Part shown: in pieces, positions 61,201-64,000 of the stretch | Numbering within the stretch: the first letter of the stretch is position 1 | Layout of the letters: each line of letters opens with the position of its first letter | Source of the DNA: Macrostomum hystrix | Taxonomy: Eukaryota > Animalia > Platyhelminthes | NCBI GenBank assembly: GCA_950097015.1 | Contig: CATNEN010000027.1 | Span: 910,286 to 974,285, forward strand | DNA length: 64,000 bases | Direction: 5' to 3' | Position numbers and translations under genes: made by a program | Notes under the pieces: model-generated | Seen by the model: only the letters and a program-made list of their open reading frames with translations | Database searches by the model: none | What the model was told of the DNA's origin: nothing

Positions 61201-64000
61201 CTTTTAAAATGGGAGATATCAGAGTTGGGGGGGACTCGAGGGTCTACAACTCCGAGACGCGAATAGTCAGGGCTCTGAAATTTTACAAGCGTGTTTACAG
61301 ATAATGTTTCCTTCAGATCTGAGTTTTAGCTTCTTTTGACCACCAGATTCAGTGAGGTGAGCGAAAGTACTTTTAAAATGGGAGATATCAGAGTGGGGGG
61401 GACTCGAGGGGTCTACAACTCCGAGACGCGAATTAGTCAGGGCTCTGAAATTTTACAGCCGTGTTTACAGATAATGTTTCCCTTCCAGATCTGAGTTTTC
61501 AGCTTCTTTTGACCACCAGATTCAGTGAGGTGACGAAAATTACTTTTAAAATGGGAGATATCAGAGTGGGGGGGACTCGAGGGTCTACAACTCCGAGACG
61601 CGACTAGTCAGGTCTCTGAAATTTTACAGCCTGTTCACAGATAATGTTTCCTTCCAGATCTGATTTTTCAGCTTCTTTTTGACCACCAATTCAGTGAGGT
61701 GACGAAAAAGTACTTTTAAAATGGGAGATATCAGAGTGGGGGGGACTCGAGGTCTACAACTCCGAGACGCGACTAGTCAGGGCTCTGAAATTTTACAGCC
61801 GTGTTTACAGATAATGTTTCCTTCCAGATCTGAGTTTTTAGCCTCGTCCTGACCACCAGATTCAGTGAGGTGACGAAAGTACTTTTAAAATGGGAGATAT
61901 CAGAGTGGGGGGGACTCGAGGGGTCTACAACTCCGAGACGCGACTAATCAGGGCTCTGAAATTTTACAGCCGTGTTCACAGATAATGTTTCCTTCCAGAT
62001 CTGAGTTTTCAGCTTCTTTTTGACACCCAGATTCAGTGAGGTGACGGAAAAAGTACTTTTAAAATGGGAGATATCAGAGTGGGGGGGACTCGAGGGTCTA
62101 CAACTCCGAGACGCGATAGTCAGGGTCTGAAATTTACAGCCGTGTTTACAGATAATGTTTCCTTCCAGATCTTGAGTTTTCAGCTTCTTTTGACCACCAG
62201 ATTCAGTGAGGTGACGAAAAGTACTTTTAAAATGGGAGATATCAGAGTGGGGGGGACTCGAGGGTCTACAACTCCGAGACGCGAATAGTCAGGGCTCTGA
62301 AATTTTACAGCCGTGTTTACAGATAATGTTTCCTTCCAGATCTGAGTTTTCAGCTTCTTTTGACCACCAGATTCAGTGAGGTGACGAAAGTACTTTTAAA
62401 ATGGGAGATATCAGAGTGGGGGGACTCGAGGGTCTACAACTCCGAGACGCGAATAGTCAGGGCTCTGAAATTTTACAGCCGTGTTTACAGATAATGTTTC
62501 CTTCCAGATCTGAGTTTTCAGCTTCTTTTGACCACCAGATTCAGTGAGGTGACGAAAAGTACTTTTAAAAGGGGAGATATCAGAGTGGGGGGGACTCGAG
62601 GGTCTACAACTCCGAGACGCGACTAGTCAGGGCTCTGAAATTTTACAGCCGTGTTCACAGATAATGTTTCCTTCCAGATCTGAGTTTTCAGCTTCTTTGA
62701 CCAACAGATTCAGTGAGGTGACGAAAAAGTACTTTTAAATGGGAGATATCAGAGTGGGGGGGACTCGAGGGTCTACAACTCCGAGGACGCGACTAGTCAG
62801 GCTCTGAAATTTTACAGCCGTGTTTACAGATAATGTTTCCTTCCAGATCTGAGTTTTTAGCTCGTTGACCACCAGATTCAGTGAGGTGACGAAAGTACTT
62901 TTAAAATGGGAGATATCAGAGTGGGGGGACTCGAGGGTCTACAACTCCGAGACGCGACTAGTCAGGGCTCTGAAATTTTACAGCCGTGTTCACCAGATAA
63001 TGTTTCCTTCCAGATCTGAGTTTTCAGCTTCTTTTGACCACCAGATTCAGTGAGGTGACGAAAAGTACTTTTAAAATGGGAGATATCAGAGTGGGGGGGA
63101 CTTCGAGGGTCTACAACTCCGAGACGCGACTAGTCAGGGCTCTGAAATTTACAGCCGTGTTCACAGATAATGTTTCCTTCCAGATCTGAGTTTTCTAGCC
63201 TCGTCTGACCACCAGATTCAGTGAGTGACGAAAAGTACTTTTAAAATGGGAGATATCAGAGTGGGGGGGACTCGAGGGTCTACAACTCGAGACGCGACTA
63301 GTCAGGGCTCTGAAATTTTACAGCCGTGTTTCACAGATAATGTTTCCTTCCAGATCTGAGTTTTTCAGCTTCTTTTGACCACCAGATTCAGTGAGGTGAC
63401 GAAAAGTACTTTTAAAATGGGAGATATCAGAGTGGGGGGGACTCGAGGGTCTACAACTCCGAGACGCGACTAGTCAGGGCTCTGAAATTTTACAGCCGTG
63501 TTCACAGATAATGTTTCCTTCCAGATCTGAGTTTTCAGCCTCGTCTGACCACCAGATTCAGTGAGGTGACGAAAAGTACTTTTAAAATGGGAGATATCAG
63601 AGTGGGGGGACTCGAGGGTCTACAACTCCGAGACGCGACTAGTCAGGGGCTCTGAAATTTTACAGCCGTGTTCACAGATAATGTTTCCTTCCAGATCTGA
63701 GTTTCCAGCTTCTTTTGACCACCAGATTCAGTGAGGTGACGAAAAGTACTTTTAAAATGGGAGATATCAGAGTGGGGGGGGACTCGAGGGTCTACAAACT
63801 CCGAGACGCGAATAGTCAGGGCTCTGAAATTTTACAGCCGGTTTACAGATAATGTTTCCTTCCAGATCTGAGTTTTCAGCTTCTTTTGACCACCAGATTC
63901 AGTGAGGTGACGAAAAGTACTTTTAAATGGGAGATATCAGAGTGGGGGGGACTCGAGGGTCTACAACTCCGAGACGCGAATAGTCAGGGCTCTGAAATTT
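58278..64000 (-). repeat. 170-bp satellite array, inverted (right arm), at least 33 copies, truncated by the window end
   Basis: Reverse complement of the left-arm unit (TTCAGCTTCTTTTGACCACCAGATTCAGTGAGG...); many 1-nt indels. Confidence 0.97.

Larger units (their letters stand above)
36065..64000 (+). mobile_element. Foldback-type Mutator (MULE) transposon, Rehavkus / FB-NOF-like: inverted 170-bp satellite arms around a transposase-Ulp1-PHD core; right end lies beyond the window
   Basis: Same 170-bp unit in + orientation (36065-52826) and - orientation (58278-end), flanking a core with MULE DDE motifs, Ulp1 triad and PHD finger. Outer termini and TSD not visible. Confidence 0.8.

Overview
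Eukaryotic (metazoan-looking) genomic DNA, dominated by tandem repeats. From 1 to about 35 kb, short GC-rich spliced exons alternate with more than a dozen unrelated micro- and minisatellite blocks. This half holds the last exon of a TARP/stargazin-like (claudin/PMP22 superfamily) gene, a candidate multi-exon single-pass membrane protein gene, a gene for a secreted cystine-knot-like peptide, a tRNA-derived SINE-like head and a two-copy dispersed repeat. From about 36 kb to the end is one large structure. A 170-bp satellite array (about 16.8 kb, + orientation) and an inverted array of the same 170-bp unit (at least 5.7 kb, running off the window) flank a 5.4-kb unique core. The core encodes a frameshifted Mutator-type DDE transposase fused to a Ulp1/C48-like cysteine protease and a PHD finger. 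This matches a Rehavkus / FB-NOF-like foldback Mutator element whose terminal inverted repeats have expanded into multi-kb satellite arrays. No CRISPR, rRNA or intact tRNA gene is supported. Repeat boundaries are approximate (by eye), and family assignments come from motif recognition, not database searches.
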